A stretch of DNA of 63,790 nucleotides, the filler included, from Octopus bimaculoides (Eukaryota): the NCBI RefSeq assembly GCF_001194135.2. It is 8 parts of 8 records of this genome, joined end to end, with 100 filler letters (N's around TTAATTAATTAA, not from the genome) between each part and the next. Parts side by side here need not be neighbours in the genome. Positions count along the whole stretch, not along the records: positions 37,967 to 44,593 come from NC_068982.1; positions 44,694 to 49,692 come from NC_068983.1; positions 49,793 to 55,210 come from NC_069007.1; 5 more parts are not named here. One strand, 5' to 3'. Positions 37,970-50,875 of this stretch are shown here, piece by piece. Below the pieces are notes generated by a model, which was not told where the DNA came from, did no database searches, and saw only the letters and a program-made list of their open reading frames with translations. Position 1 is the stretch's first letter. Every line of letters starts with the position of its first letter. The translations under genes and the position numbers were made by a program.

Positions 37970-38352
37970 AGGCGCAGGCATGGCTGTGCGGTAAGAAGCT
38001 TGCTTCCCAACCACATGGTTCCGGGTTCAGTCCTACTGCGTGGCACCTTGGGTAAATGTCTTCGACTATAGCCTCGGGCCGACCAAAGCCTTGTGAATGG
38101 ATTTGGAAGACAGAAACTGAAAGAATCCCGTCTTATATATATGTGTGTGTGTGTGTGTGATTGTACCCCTGCCATCACTTAACAACCGATGCTTGTGTGT
38201 TTATGACCACTGTAACTTACTCGTCAAAATAGACCGATAGAATAAATACTAGGCTTACAAAGAATGAGCCTTAGGGTCGATTTCTTCGACTAAAACCCGT
38301 CAAGATGATGCTCCAGCATGATCGCAGTCAAATGACTGAAACAAGTAAAAGA
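37970..38352 (+). mobile_element. SINE family A, full length
   Basis: tRNA-like head (GGCTGTGCGGTAAG..GGGTTCAGTCC), ACCTTGGGTAAATGTC block, internal microsatellite and the common tail. Confidence 0.85.
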
Positions 38353-38394
38353 ATAAATGAATAAAAGAACACACACACACATAAACATGACGGT

Positions 38395-38660
38395 GTCATG
38401 GTATCGTACAGACTGTCAAATGTTGTTATACATCACTGGTCACAATGCGCTTCGTATTGCTTTAGCTTTCGAATAACGCAAGCAGGTCAATATTGCTCCT
38501 TGGTCGGAAGACTATTCTATCACAAGGTTACCCATTTACAGCTGAGTAGAATGGAGCAACGTAAAATGAAGTGTTTTGCCCAACAGCACAGCGAACCGCC
38601 CGGTCAGACCCATAACCTAGCGATCGTGAGTGCAACACCCTAAGCACTACGGCACGCTTT
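38395..38660 (-). mobile_element. SINE family E (tRNA-derived)
   Basis: The block TGGAGCAACGTAAAATGAAGTGTTTTGCCCAACAGCACA is shared with 48715-48945, 56480-56690 and 58880-59060. Confidence 0.65.
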
Positions 38661-39262
38661 CAAGTATTATATATATATATATNNNNNNNNNNNNNNNNNN
38701 NNNNNNNNNNNNNNNNNNNNNNNNNNNNNNNNNNNNNNNNNNNNNNNNNNNNNNNNNNNNNNNNNNNNNNNNNNNNNNNNNNNNNNNNNNNNNNNNNNNN
38801 NNNNNNNNNNNNNNNNNNNNNNNNNNNNNNNNNNNNNNNNNNNNNNNNNNNNNNNNNNNNNNNNNNNNNNNNNNNNNNNNNNNNNNNNNNNNNNNNNNNN
38901 NNNNNNNNNNNNNNNNNNNNNNNNNNNNNNNNNNNNNNNNNNNNNNNNNNNNNNNNNNNNNNNNNNNNNNNNNNNNNNNNNNNNNNNNNNNNNNNNNNNN
39001 NNNNNNNNNNNNNNNNNNNNNNNNNNNNNNNNNNNNNNNNNNNNNNNNNNNNNNNNNNNNNNNNNNNNNNNNNNNNNNNNNNNNNNNNNNNNNNNNNNNN
39101 NNNNNNNNNNNNNNNNNNNNNNNNNNNNNNNNNNNNNNNNNNNNNNNNNNNNNNNNNNNNNNNNNNNNNNNNNNNNNNNNNNNNNNNNNNNNNNNNNNNN
39201 NNNNNNNNNNNNNNNNNNNNNNNNNNNNNNNNNNNNNNNNNNNNNNNNNNNNNNNNNNNNNN

Positions 39263-39293
<31 letters not shown>

Positions 39294-41270
39294 TATGCCA
39301 AATTCATTTCCAAAACATTATTCAGCTCAAAGTGCCACGAAGTGGGATCGAACTTGAAAGCATGTGCTTATCAAGAGATCTTCTTAACCATGCAGCCGTG
39401 TCTGCGCCTATGGAAATTACGTTACGCACATTTGCAATAGAACTTATGAATATAGATCAGGTGTTTGGATTTGAATTAGTAATTTTATGATTCAGCAATA
39501 GAGACTAGAATGACATTGAAGGGTGATAGTAATATGTGAGGAAGGACTAGTGATGAAGGAAGACTTTCATGCGGATCAACAAATAGTGACAGTAAAAGAA
39601 CTAAGGAAGAAAAAACGGTAAATTATGACGGGAAAACAAATATATTACATGATATTACTTAATATATTCGCTAATAAAAGAAGAATAAAAGGAACAAATA
39701 CATGTATAAATGAATAAATATAAAAATGAAAAGGTGTTCACATGCATAGATAATATAAATAGCTCTATTGTTAGTTTTAAATCTAACAAACACTTCACAA
39801 AGTTTCAGAGATCGAAAAGAGTTTCAGAAAACAGACTTGACTTGTGTGCTAGTGTGCTTTTCTCGCTAACAGACAACGATCATCCAATCGTATTTAAATG
39901 TTAGCACTAATCCAAACTTGCAACATTATATCGAACAAAATGTCAACAATAGACAAAAGCATGTTGCCCTTATATGCACGTCTGCAAGAACATGGTTGAC
40001 TTTAGTTCTTTAGCTTTCAAAAACGTCCTAATTACGTGTCGTGAAATTCAGATGAAGTTTTAATCCTTCCTGTCAACTAGGTTCTAGTTTCTTTTATCAA
40101 CAAAGATATTGCTATTATTTCCCTAACACGGTTTCATATTGCTGCCGCCTACCCAAATCTCGACTTATGGCAATAGCTTAAGACCTTAAAATTCGAATCG
40201 GAAAAGGGAAAAACCTCACTGACACAGACGTGCTAATTTGAATGTCAACTGCAGGATCTTCTCGTAAACGTATTGCATTTTATATTGAACATTAGACGAA
40301 ACATCTCAAGTCAGGCGCCAACGTCCAGTGACATAAACATTAGCAAACCAATATCTTAGTTTACGTCACTTTATCTTCTCTCAATGCAATTTATTGTTTC
40401 GCTTTGTTTTATATTTGCAAATCTACAACTTTTTCAGTTCCTATTTTCCTTTTTTTGTTTTGTTTATATAATATTTATTATTGCTACATTGAGTTTCACT
40501 AGTTCTGAAGATTTTGTTTAATGCAATAATCAGTGTGTGTGTAAACACGTGCATATATATATATATATACGCATATNNNNNNNNNNNNNNNNNNNNNNNN
40601 NNNNNNNNNNNNNNNNNNNNNNNNNNNNNNNNNNNNNNNNNNNNNNNNNNNNNNNNNNNNNNNNNNNNNNNNNNNNNNNNNNNNNNNNNNNNNNNNNNNN
40701 NNNNNNNNNNNNNNNNNNNNNNNNNNNNNNNNNNNNNNNNNNNNNNNNNNNNNNNNNNNNNNNNNNNNNNNNNNNNNNNNNNNNNNNNNNNNNNNNNNNN
40801 NNNNNNNNNNNNNNNNNNNNNNNNNNNNNNNNNNNNNNNNNNNNNNNNNNNNNNNNNNNNNNNNNNNNNNNNNNNNNNNNNNNNNNNNNNNNNNNNNNNN
40901 NNNNNNNNNNNNNNNNNNNNNNNNNNNNNNNNNNNNNNNNNNNNNNNNNNNNNNNNNNNNNNNNNNNNNNNNNNNNNNNNNNNNNNNNNNNNNNNNNNNN
41001 NNNNNNNNNNNNNNNNNNNNNNNNNNNNNNNNNNNNNNNNNNNNNNNNNNNNNNNNNNNNNNNNNNNNNNNNNNNNNNNNNNNNNNNNNNNNNNNNNNNN
41101 NNNNNNNNNNNNNNNNNNNNNNNNNNNNNNNNNNNNNNNNNNNNNNNNNNNNNNNNNNNNNNNNNNNNNNNNNNNNNNNNNNNNNNNNNNNNNNNNNNNN
41201 NNNNNNNNNNNNNNNNNNNNNNNNNNNNNNNNNNNNNNNNNNNNNNNNNNNNNNNNNNNNNNNNNNNNNN

Positions 41271-41309
<39 letters not shown>

Positions 41310-41689
41310 ATATTCTTCACTAGTTTATTACTGTTATTTTTTTATATTTCAACGCCTGTCCATTGTCCGGAAATCTTTCCTCACACTTCTGTGACCTCTT
41401 CAGAACAGAATGGAGTAGGTGGAGCAAGAAAACACACGGAAACGGAAAGTGCTGCGTAAGAGGTCACAAATGTGTGACGAAAGATTTCCGGACCATGGAC
41501 AGGTGTTAAAATAAAAAATAATAGCAGTAATAAACGAGTGAAGAGAAAAAATATAGTGCGTGTGTTTATTTGACAAAAATAAAAAATAATAAATAAAATT
41601 CCAACCCTGATGGTCCTCTAGACGACGTTTATCCTCAGCCATTCAGGCTACTGCTCCCAGCTATGATTCTATGGTTACCACACAGTTTA

Positions 41690-42120
41690 AAATTAACGGC
41701 ATAACTCGAAGCAATTCAGTGAAGTTGAACAATGATCATATCGATGCAACGTGTTAGCTACTGAAAAAAGGCTGAGAGGCTCTACCCGCTAGAACGAAGG
41801 TGAAATCTTACACAATCAGCAGAACAGGACACCACTGCTTAGTATAAAAAATCCCAACGTTGCCATCAGGATACAGGACCAGATACTGCAATAGCTTGGC
41901 TTTCAAAGGCCCATAGCGCTTCAATATCCTCCCCAAAGATGCTCAGAGATCTACATGGGGTGGATATAGGTGTCTTCAAAAAAATAAAAATGGATCTCCT
42001 CATGACAAGAGTCCCAGAAACGTAGACGAATGTAGCAACGTCAAACTCTCTCATTCATTACATGCCATGTATCAGAGGAGGTTTCAAGTAGTGAAAGTGT
42101 AACAAAACTAACAGTGGTAC
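41690..42120 (+). mobile_element. CR1/L2-group LINE 3' relic
   Basis: Broken frames give LYPLERR, RTGHHC and RTRYCNSLAFKGP*RFNILPK..LRDLHGVDIGVFKK..MDLLM..VP. Confidence 0.7.
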
Positions 42121-43183
42121 TGCTGCATGACCGTAACTCCCATCCTGAAGCTAGTAATATATATATANNNNNNNNNNNNNNNNNNNNNNNNNNNNNNNNN
42201 NNNNNNNNNNNNNNNNNNNNNNNNNNNNNNNNNNNNNNNNNNNNNNNNNNNNNNNNNNNNNNNNNNNNNNNNNNNNNNNNNNNNNNNNNNNNNNNNNNNN
42301 NNNNNNNNNNNNNNNNNNNNNNNNNNNNNNNNNNNNNNNNNNNNNNNNNNNNNNNNNNNNNNNNNNNNNNNNNNNNNNNNNNNNNNNNNNNNNNNNNNNN
42401 NNNNNNNNNNNNNNNNNNNNNNNNNNNNNNNNNNNNNNNNNNNNNNNNNNNNNNNNNNNNNNNNNNNNNNNNNNNNNNNNNNNNNNNNNNNNNNNNNNNN
42501 NNNNNNNNNNNNNNNNNNNNNNNNNNNNNNNNNNNNNNNNNNNNNNNNNNNNNNNNNNNNNNNNNNNNNNNNNNNNNNNNNNNNNNNNNNNNNNNNNNNN
42601 NNNNNNNNNNNNNNNNNNNNNNNNNNNNNNNNNNNNNNNNNNNNNNNNNNNNNNNNNNNNNNNNNNNNNNNNNNNNNNNNNNNNNNNNNNNNNNNNNNNN
42701 NNNNNNNNNNNNNNNNNNNNNNNNNNNNNNNNNNNNNNNNNNNNNNNNNNNNNNNNNNNNNNNNNNNNNNNNNNNNNNNNNNNNNNNNNNNNNNNNNNNN
42801 NNNNNNNNNNNNNNNNNNNNNNNNNNNNNNNNNNNNNNNNNNNNNNNNNNNNNNNNNNNNNNNNNNNNNNNNNNNNNNNNNNNNNNNNNNNNNNNNNNNN
42901 NNNNNNNNNNNNNNNNNNNNNNNNNNNNNNNNNNNNNNNNNNNNNNNNNNNNNNNNNNNNNNNNNNNNNNNNNNNNNNNNNNNNNNNNNNNNNNNNNNNN
43001 NNNNNNNNNNNNNNNNNNNNNNNNNNNNNNNNNNNNNNNNNNNNNNNNNNNNNNNNNNNNNNNNNNNNNNNNNNNNNNNNNNNNNNNNNNNNNNNNNNNN
43101 NNNNNNNNNNNNNNNNNNNNNNNNNNNNNNNNNNNNNNATAGATAGATAGATGCACACACACACACACAGACACACACACACA

Positions 43184-43217
<34 letters not shown>

Positions 43218-43832
43218 AGGGTTTGATGAGTTTGGCTATTCATATCTTTAATGGGTATGACTATCCCTAATTATGAAAGGTTTCTTGTTCTCTAATGCCT
43301 TTCATCATCATTTGATCCCCTCTTTCCCTATATTCTGTTCCCGCCATGCGCATGTTTATATACACTCATATACACAGGCCAACACATAAACTGACATACG
43401 CACATACGCAGGCATAGGCTTGGAGTTGATATACACGTATATGAACGTGTGTGTGTATAATTGTGTACGAGTATATGTGTGCATATTTGCATGTATATAT
43501 TCAAACATAAGAATATATAAATACATACGTGTACAACAAACACGTACACACATATACATATGTACATATATATGAACTTCATATGTACACCAAGATATAT
43601 GTGTATATACATATACATATACATATATATATATACATATGTATGTATGTATGTATATATGTATGTATGTATGTATATGTATTTATATGTACATATATAT
43701 ATATAGATATATATATTATGCACAAGTATGAATATATGTATATATGTATGTATATATGTATGTATATGTATTATTTTGCGTTTGAATGTATGTATGTACG
43801 TATGTCTAAAAGTATGTGTTTATGTATGCCGG

Positions 43833-43864
<32 letters not shown>

Positions 43865-44334
43865 TAATTTGCGTGTTGCGCGACTGCTATCAGTTATTAA
43901 GTGTGAACAGTAACAAAAGTTGACGGCCGTGAAATAAGAAGAGTTCAAGTGTAATAATATTGTGTAGAATTAGCATAACATTATAAATTTCAATAATTTG
44001 GTCCAGCTGATAAGCGTCTTGGTAGAAATTGCGAAATATATGTCCATTGGGGACAAATAACAAGAAAAGAAATAGACGCAACCTGTTACTGTCAACTCTA
44101 GAGTTAGACAGCTTCAGGCGCTTAGATCATATAACTTTGTCTAAGTTATATATATGTGTGTATGATTGTGTATATGTGAACGTACGTAGATTTGTGTATT
44201 TCAGAAATGTATATCTCCTGTATACTTAGTTGACACATCCAATTATTCTAGCTTGTAACAACATTCTGTTTACTTACGCATATAGGTATCTGAAACAAAA
44301 AAGGACACGTACACAAATACCCACAACGCGCGCG

Positions 44335-44380
<46 letters not shown>

Positions 44381-44382
<2 letters not shown>

Positions 44383-44585
44383 GGGGCTGCTGAAAAGTCC
44401 TTAGCTTTGGGTAAAAGAAAATACAGGAGGATCAGTTAATTACTATTTTATTCAATATATTCCCTCATAGATTCACGCACTTATTACAGCGATCCTTCAG
44501 TTTTTCTAAGCCCTGTAAAAGTACTCGGAAGGTTGGACCCTCAATCAACCCTTTCACGATAACCTTAAAAGCAGGCGCTTTTAGG
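44381..44585 (-). mobile_element. Mariner 3' end and TIR relic
   Basis: The minus strand gives QGLEKLKDRCNKCVNL*GEYIE* (with a frameshift), followed by a terminal CAGGGGCTGCTGAAAAGTCC. Confidence 0.7.
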
Positions 44586-45321
44586 CACCTTCTNNNNNNN
44601 NNNNNNNNNNNNNNNNNNNNNNNNNNNNNNNNNNNNNTTAATTAATTAANNNNNNNNNNNNNNNNNNNNNNNNNNNNNNNNNNNNNNNNNNNNATATATA
44701 CGCAAGCACGTACACGCAGATTCACACATAAAGTGAGTGATAGACACGTGCACACACATAAACAGGATACTACACACACACACACACACAAGTGAAAAAG
44801 AGCAAACACAAAGAAGGATTGCCGTAGGAGATAAAGGAACTTTGGACTGGTCACGGTCCCCTAAAATGTTCAAAATGGTTCAGGGGTGAGGAGCAGGTAA
44901 GTTATGATGTGATGTGATGATAGGTAACCAGGTGAGACTGTAAGGAGATTGCTTTCCTTTTTTTTCTCTTTTTTTTTCTTCATTTTGCAAAAGAAAAAGA
45001 AAAAGTAAAGGGAGTGGGGGAAATAGAAGCAAAAAGAGTAAGGGATAGATTAAAAAAGAATAAGGAACAGAGCGGGAGCCAAAGAGAAAGGGAGCGGGTG
45101 TGTATATGCTTGAGTATATGTGAGTGTGTGTTGTGTGTGTGTGTTTATAACGTAGAAGATTTCTTAGAGGAAAAAAAAAAGCGAAAATAACAGCAGGGGA
45201 AAGAAAAAAGTAAAGGAAGTGGAGGATAAAGAGAACGAGAAAATGTGTAAAACAGAATTAGGAAAAGTCGGGTGTCTAAAGCGGCTGATGAAAAACTAAA
45301 GTGAGAAGAGAGAGGCCTGTG

Positions 45322-45378
45322 TGACGTCATCATTACCGAGTGTTGCCATTGGTCAGAAAATATGCTTCGGTATATAAG
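45322..45378 (+). promoter_or_regulatory. Candidate Pol II core promoter: CRE, CCAAT box, TATA box
   Basis: TGACGTCA at 45322-45329, ATTGG (reverse strand GACCAATGG) at 45348-45352 and TATATAAG at 45371-45378, in non-repetitive DNA with textbook spacing. Confidence 0.55.
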
Positions 45379-46417
45379 TTCAAAAGAAATGCCAACTTTG
45401 ACTAAAGTCACCCCTTTTAGGGTGTTTCATTCATAAGTGTAAACAGCAGAAATCTTAGTACAAAAAAAGAAGATAACACCCTTTACTTTGGTGCTCTACT
45501 TTGTTTGCTTAATCTGTATATATTTATATACGTACGTACATATATTATATATTCATAAAATATGTATATACGTACGCACATAGATACGAGTGTGTAGTGT
45601 ATCCGTATATTCCACCGTCAAAAGAGAAACTACCAGCAGGTTGCTGTACTTTCAATATATATATATATATATATAAATACATTCATACATACATACATAC
45701 ATACATACATACATACATAGAACAGATCATGAAAATTCCTTAATATTTAATATAAATATACAGTACACCAAAACATTCCATTTCACACGTATATATATAT
45801 TACATAAAACATACATACATATTTCAAAAGGTTTCATATACAGAAATAGGAATGACGGCCACAGCATCTGAATATGGTAAGTTACTAATTTTATTCTTCA
45901 TGAATATATCCTTTGTTTAGTATAACTTGTTTCCCATTGTTATTTTTTGATATTTCCTCTTACTCCCCGCTTTAACTATCAAATGTTATACACTTGTTCA
46001 ACATATTCTTCGTGGATTCTTCTTATAAGAGCTGCATAAACGCCTATGCATGTATGTATGTATGTATGTATGTTTGGCAGAATGGTTAGCACCTTAGACA
46101 AAACGCTTAGTGACATTCTTCCGGCTTTACGCTCTGAGTTCAAATTCTACCGAGGTCGGCTTTGCTTTTCATTCTTTCAGAAGTCGATAAAATAAGCTGA
46201 TAAAATAATAACACGTAAGCTTATACTTAAAGGATCATTTAGATTTATTTATAGATATCCTTCCAATGGGAAAAGAGCCGGTTTTTTAACCGAGGTCAAA
46301 GGTTCCTTCGTTGGAATGTCAACAACATCGCCAGGGTAGTTTGTGCATGTATGCGTCGATATGTGCAAGTATTTGAAGTCAGTGCATGTGTAGATATGTA
46401 TATTTTGTTTTATGAAT

Positions 46418-46597
46418 GCGGCTGTGTGGTAAGTAGCCTGCTTACCGACCACATGGTTCCGGGTTCAGTCCCACTGCGTGGCACCTTGGGCAAGTGTCTT
46501 CTACTATAGCCTCGGGCCGACCCATGCCTTGTGAGTGGATTTAGTAGATGGAAACTGAAAGAAGCCCGTCGTATATATGTATTTATATATATGTATA

Positions 46598-46630
<33 letters not shown>
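46418..46630 (+). mobile_element. SINE family A 5' half (runs into gap)
   Basis: Near-identical to the reverse complement of 48140-48305. Confidence 0.85.
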
Positions 46631-46990
46631 NNNNNNNNNNNNNNNNNNNNNNNNNNNNNNNNNNNNNNNNNNNNNNNNNNNNNNNNNNNNNNNNNNNNNN
46701 NNNNNNNNNNNNNNNNNNNNNNNNNNNNNNNNNNNNNNNNNNNNNNNNNNNNNNNNNNNNNNNNNNNNNNNNNNNNNNNNNNNNNNNNNNNNNNNNNNNN
46801 NNNNNNNNNNNNNNNNNNNNNNNNNNNNNNNNNNNNNNNNNNNNNNNNNNNNNNNNNNNNNNNNNNNNNNNNNNNNNNNNNNNNNNNNNNNNNNNNNNNN
46901 NNNNNNNNNNNNNNNNNNNNNNNNNNNNNNNNNNNNNNNNNNNNNNNNNNNNNNNNNNNNNNNNNNNNNNNNNNNNNNNNNNNNNNNNNN

Positions 46991-47393
46991 CGCTCTTGAA
47001 TATAATACGCAGGGAATTTTTAGAGGGCTGTACCTGTGAAAAACCTAAACCTTGTGTATAATACGCACTCCTTCTCTAACTTGAGTCTAGGAGGTCTATA
47101 TAAAGTCCTTGGTTTGTAAACGTATATACGGTAACGTCCTTTATTATTATTGTATTTATAACATAATACAAACGTGTAGCTTTTTTGTGCACTTTGTTTG
47201 CAGAAAATAAAGAAATAACAGTAATAACGTCAGTGAAAAATAAATATTAAGTAAATTGCCTTTACATATTTATCACTTAGAAAATTTTGCTTAGAAGATA
47301 TTTTTCATTTTTAACCTCATATATAGTACTCATTAGAAATTTTGACCTTTAAATTTTGGGAAAAAAGTGCGGATTATACTCGAGGATTTACGG
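46991..47393. mobile_element. pogo/Tigger-like MITE (left end in gap)
   Basis: Inner TIR TATAATACGCA versus TGCGGATTATA. The right end is CTCGAGGATTTACGG followed by TA. Confidence 0.55.
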
Positions 47394-47895
47394 TATATGA
47401 ATGAGTTACTTAGTTTGTGAATAACCTTGCACTCGTACAGAGGTTGTGTAGGTCACGTTAATACATAAGTGTGTGTGTGCTTCAACGCCTGTTTATGTGT
47501 GTTTATGTCATATGCAATATGTCTAATTCATTAACTTCAAAGGGGGAACAAATGAAATGTCTTGTAGATGTTTTACTGTACCACTAATCGACTGTGTTTG
47601 GAGGAGACGAAGCAGTTTGCTTTGCTCTTTCCTCCAGAACTCCAGCATTTTTATGCAAATATGTTATGCATTTATGATAATAAGACAAATGGAAAGTTAT
47701 AGCTTAGATATAAGAGTTGTACGTTTCCCATAAGCAGATCCTTATAAGACTGCATGGCGTTTGCTCCCAGTCCCTTCAAACAGTGCCCTGCAATCTTTTT
47801 TTCACTTGCGGCACACTTATATTCTTTTCAAAATTCGGCGGTGGACCAAAACTAAAAACATAACTAAAAGTATACTCTTTTTACTCTTTTTTTTA

Positions 47896-48305
47896 CTCTT
47901 TTACTTGTTTCAGTCATGTGACTGCAGCCATGCTGGAGCACCGCCTTTAGTCGAGCAAATCGACCCCAGGACTTATTCTTTGTAAGCCTAGTACTTATTC
48001 TATCGGTCTCTTTTGCCGAACCGCTAAGTTACGGGGACGTAAATACACCAGCATCGGTTGCCAAGCGATGTGGGGGGGGGGGACAAACACAGACACACAA
48101 ACACACACACACATATATATATATATACATATACATATATACGACGGGCTTCTTTCAGTTTCCGTCTACCAAATCCACTCACAATGCTTTGGTCGGCCCG
48201 AGGCTATAGTAGAAGACACTTGCCCAAGGTACCACGCAGTGGGACTGAACTCGGAACCATGTGGTCGGTAAGCAAGCTACTTACTACACAGCCAATCCTG
48301 CGCCT
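47896..48305 (-). mobile_element. SINE family A, full length, young
   Basis: High identity to 49897-50295 and 61827-62150. Confidence 0.9.
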
Positions 48306-48714
48306 AGAGGGAAAAAAATATATTCGGGTTACACTGCGGCACACCAAGCAGCGTCTCGTAGCACACCAGTGTGCCGCGGCATACCGGTTGCGAAGCAATA
48401 GGCCAATATCTGGCCTATTGTGTTTACCAATGTCTTGCTGTTTTTTATGGGAATGCTTCACCAGTATTCCATATTTTGAACATGTATACACGCATTTCTA
48501 ATTTAGTAGGCATGTCTGTTTATGTGTATATTTTGTACGCATGTTTGTGTATGTGTGAATGTATGTTTTGTAGGTATGCATGTATATATAAACATGTGTG
48601 CGTGGGTATGTCTCTGTGTGTCTTTGTACATGTGTGTGTGTATGTATTACCTTTCATTTTTCATGCGTACGCGTGTGTATGTATATCAAAAAGGATCAGA
48701 CTCCTAGTTGAGCC

Positions 48715-48945
48715 ATAGATTCATACTGTCGGTTTCCAGATTCAGGTGGTGTATATATCCCACCCCTGGATAGGACGCTGGCCCATCGCAGCGTTACTCA
48801 TTTTTGTCAGCCCAGTGAACTGGAGCAACGAGAAATGAATGAAGTGTTTTACTCGGGAACACAACACATCGCCCATTCCAGGAATCGAAACTACAATCTT
48901 ACAATCATGACCTCAAAACCTTAACCACTAAGACATGCTCCTCCA
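48715..48945 (-). mobile_element. SINE family E
   Basis: The minus-strand head GGAGGAGCATGTCTTAGTGGTTAAGG..GTTTCGATTCC has A and B boxes. Confidence 0.7.
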
Positions 48946-49896
48946 CATGTATGTATGTATGTATGTCCTGAGTAATTTGTGGTCGAATTATACTTTCAAA
49001 AGAGGGACTAAGCACCCATGTAAAAATCCCAAATCGGAAAATGAGAGAGGCTTACAGTTCCAGCGGTACATACGGAGCACTGCTAAACTTTACGTCCAAG
49101 GATGTGCTTGCTTGTCTATCGCAGAGCTGAAAATTCATTTCGTGACGAATGCACAAGAACGGACATTCGTTTTGTGTGATTCTTCACCAAACTACCAAAT
49201 TGTGTTGCATTTCTCACAAGAAAAAAAAATTCAAATAGATCACAGGTAGTCATTTGAGGGCTCTGCTGGAAATATTATCAAATGTTACAGGGATATGACT
49301 GCAATGAGAAAGTGGTTGTGCTCAAGATTGTGTTGGTATGTATGTATGTTGTTGTTGTTGTTGTTGCTGTTGATGATGTTCATATGTCCAGCCATGCTGT
49401 TTGTAGTATTTTGTCGCGTGGTAGATTCAAATTTCAGGCGAAAATCACTAGAGTATTGAATAAAAGGCTTCTTCAGTCGATGTACCCGGAGATTAGCCAG
49501 TTATTTAGCAAGGTTGATATTTGTGGCTTCAATGTCAGGGATAATATTCATCGTATTCCCTCACGCCAAAAATGCGACTCGTCGCTGATCCATGATGTAT
49601 GTATGTATGTATGTATGTATGTATGTATGTATGTATGCAGGTATGTATGCAGGTATGTATGTATGTATGTATGTATGTATGTATGTATATATNNNNNNNN
49701 NNNNNNNNNNNNNNNNNNNNNNNNNNNNNNNNNNNNTTAATTAATTAANNNNNNNNNNNNNNNNNNNNNNNNNNNNNNNNNNNNNNNNNNNNGTCGGCAG
49801 TGATGTAATGATTACAGCAAACCTGTGGATTACAACATCAAAATATAAGGGATTAGCCAGAGATTATAAAGAGGGATTAGTGTGTACGGGGCATTG

Positions 49897-50295
49897 CTCT
49901 TTTACTTGTTTCAGTCATTTGACTGCGGCCATGCTGGAGCACCGCCTTTTAGTCGAGCTAATCAACCCCAGGACTTATTCTTTGTAAGCCTAGTACTTAT
50001 TTCTATCGGTCTCTTTTTGCTGAACCGCTAAGTTACGGGGACGTAAACACACCAGCATCGGTTGTCAAGTGATGGTGGGGTGACAAATACAGACACACAT
50101 ACATACATACATATATATATATGCATATATATGACGAGCTTCTTTCAGTTTCCGTCTACCAAATCCACTCACAAGGCTTTGGTCGGCCCGAGGCTATAGT
50201 AAAAGACACTTGCCCAAGGTGCCACGCAGTGGGACTGAACCCGGAACCATGTGGTTGGTAAGCAAGCTACTTACCACACAGCAAACCCTGCGCCT
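49897..50295 (-). mobile_element. SINE family A, full length, young
   Basis: High identity to 47896-48305. Confidence 0.9.
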
Positions 50296-50701
50296 ACAAG
50301 CCACCCCTGGGTTTGTGTAAATGTTGCCGACAGCAATTGTACATGTGTTTGGGTATTTTTAATAGCAATTATAACGGGTAGAATATTTGGGTTGGATATG
50401 ACCAGTTTAAGTGCTAAAAAGTTAAGGAGCTTACTTCTCAACCATGTGAACCTCGGTTCAGTCCCAAAGTACAGCACCATGGGCAAGTGTTGTCTACTAT
50501 AGGGGTCCCTGGGCCCACCAAAGCTTTGTGAGTTGATTTGGTGGATAGAAAGTGAAAAAAAAANNNNNNNNNNNNNNNNNNNNNNNNNNNNNNNNNNNNN
50601 NNNNNNNNNNNNNNNNNNNNNNNNNNNNNNNNNNNNNNNNNNNNNNNNNNNNNNNNNNNNNNNGAGGGGGGCAGAGAGAGAAAAAGAGAAATGTTAGTTA
50701 C

Positions 50702-50875
50702 CAAATATAGCTGGTTCAATTCCTTGCATTCTCGGAGTTGCTGTTGCAGGGACACATTAAATTTGGTCAACTCCTTATTTTGGTCGACTATTGGCTTGAG
50801 GATTGAGATGTGAGACAGCTGTAGAGCACGCAACTGGGCATCGAGACGCTCAGGACTGGGTCGCACGTGACTGCC
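50702..50875 (-). CDS. RANBP2: RanBP2/Nup358-like exon (coiled-coil region after the N-terminal helical domain)
   Basis: Acceptor CATCTACAG and donor GTAACT, 174 nt, phase 0-0. It encodes GSHVRPSPERLDAQLRALQLSHISILKPIVDQNKELTKFNVSLQQQLRECKELNQLYL. The donor position is less certain because a gap follows. Confidence 0.75.

Noticed and set aside
41404-41455. AG/GT-bounded segment encoding TEWSRWSKK.. (TSP1-like WSxWS)
   Set aside because: It lacks the TSP1 cysteine pattern, has no partner exons, and is adjacent to a LINE relic.
9096-43243. Long ORFs of 250-440 aa in the supplied track
   Set aside because: They are runs of X spanning N gaps, not coding sequence.
48396-48420. 10-bp perfect hairpin CAATAGGCCA / TGGCCTATTG
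   Set aside because: Short, next to a probable DNA-transposon end, and intrinsic terminators are not relevant in this eukaryotic context.
49410-49485. Minus-strand CUGAAGA...GAAA hammerhead-like spacing
   Set aside because: Stem II has an internal mismatch and stem I does not pair.
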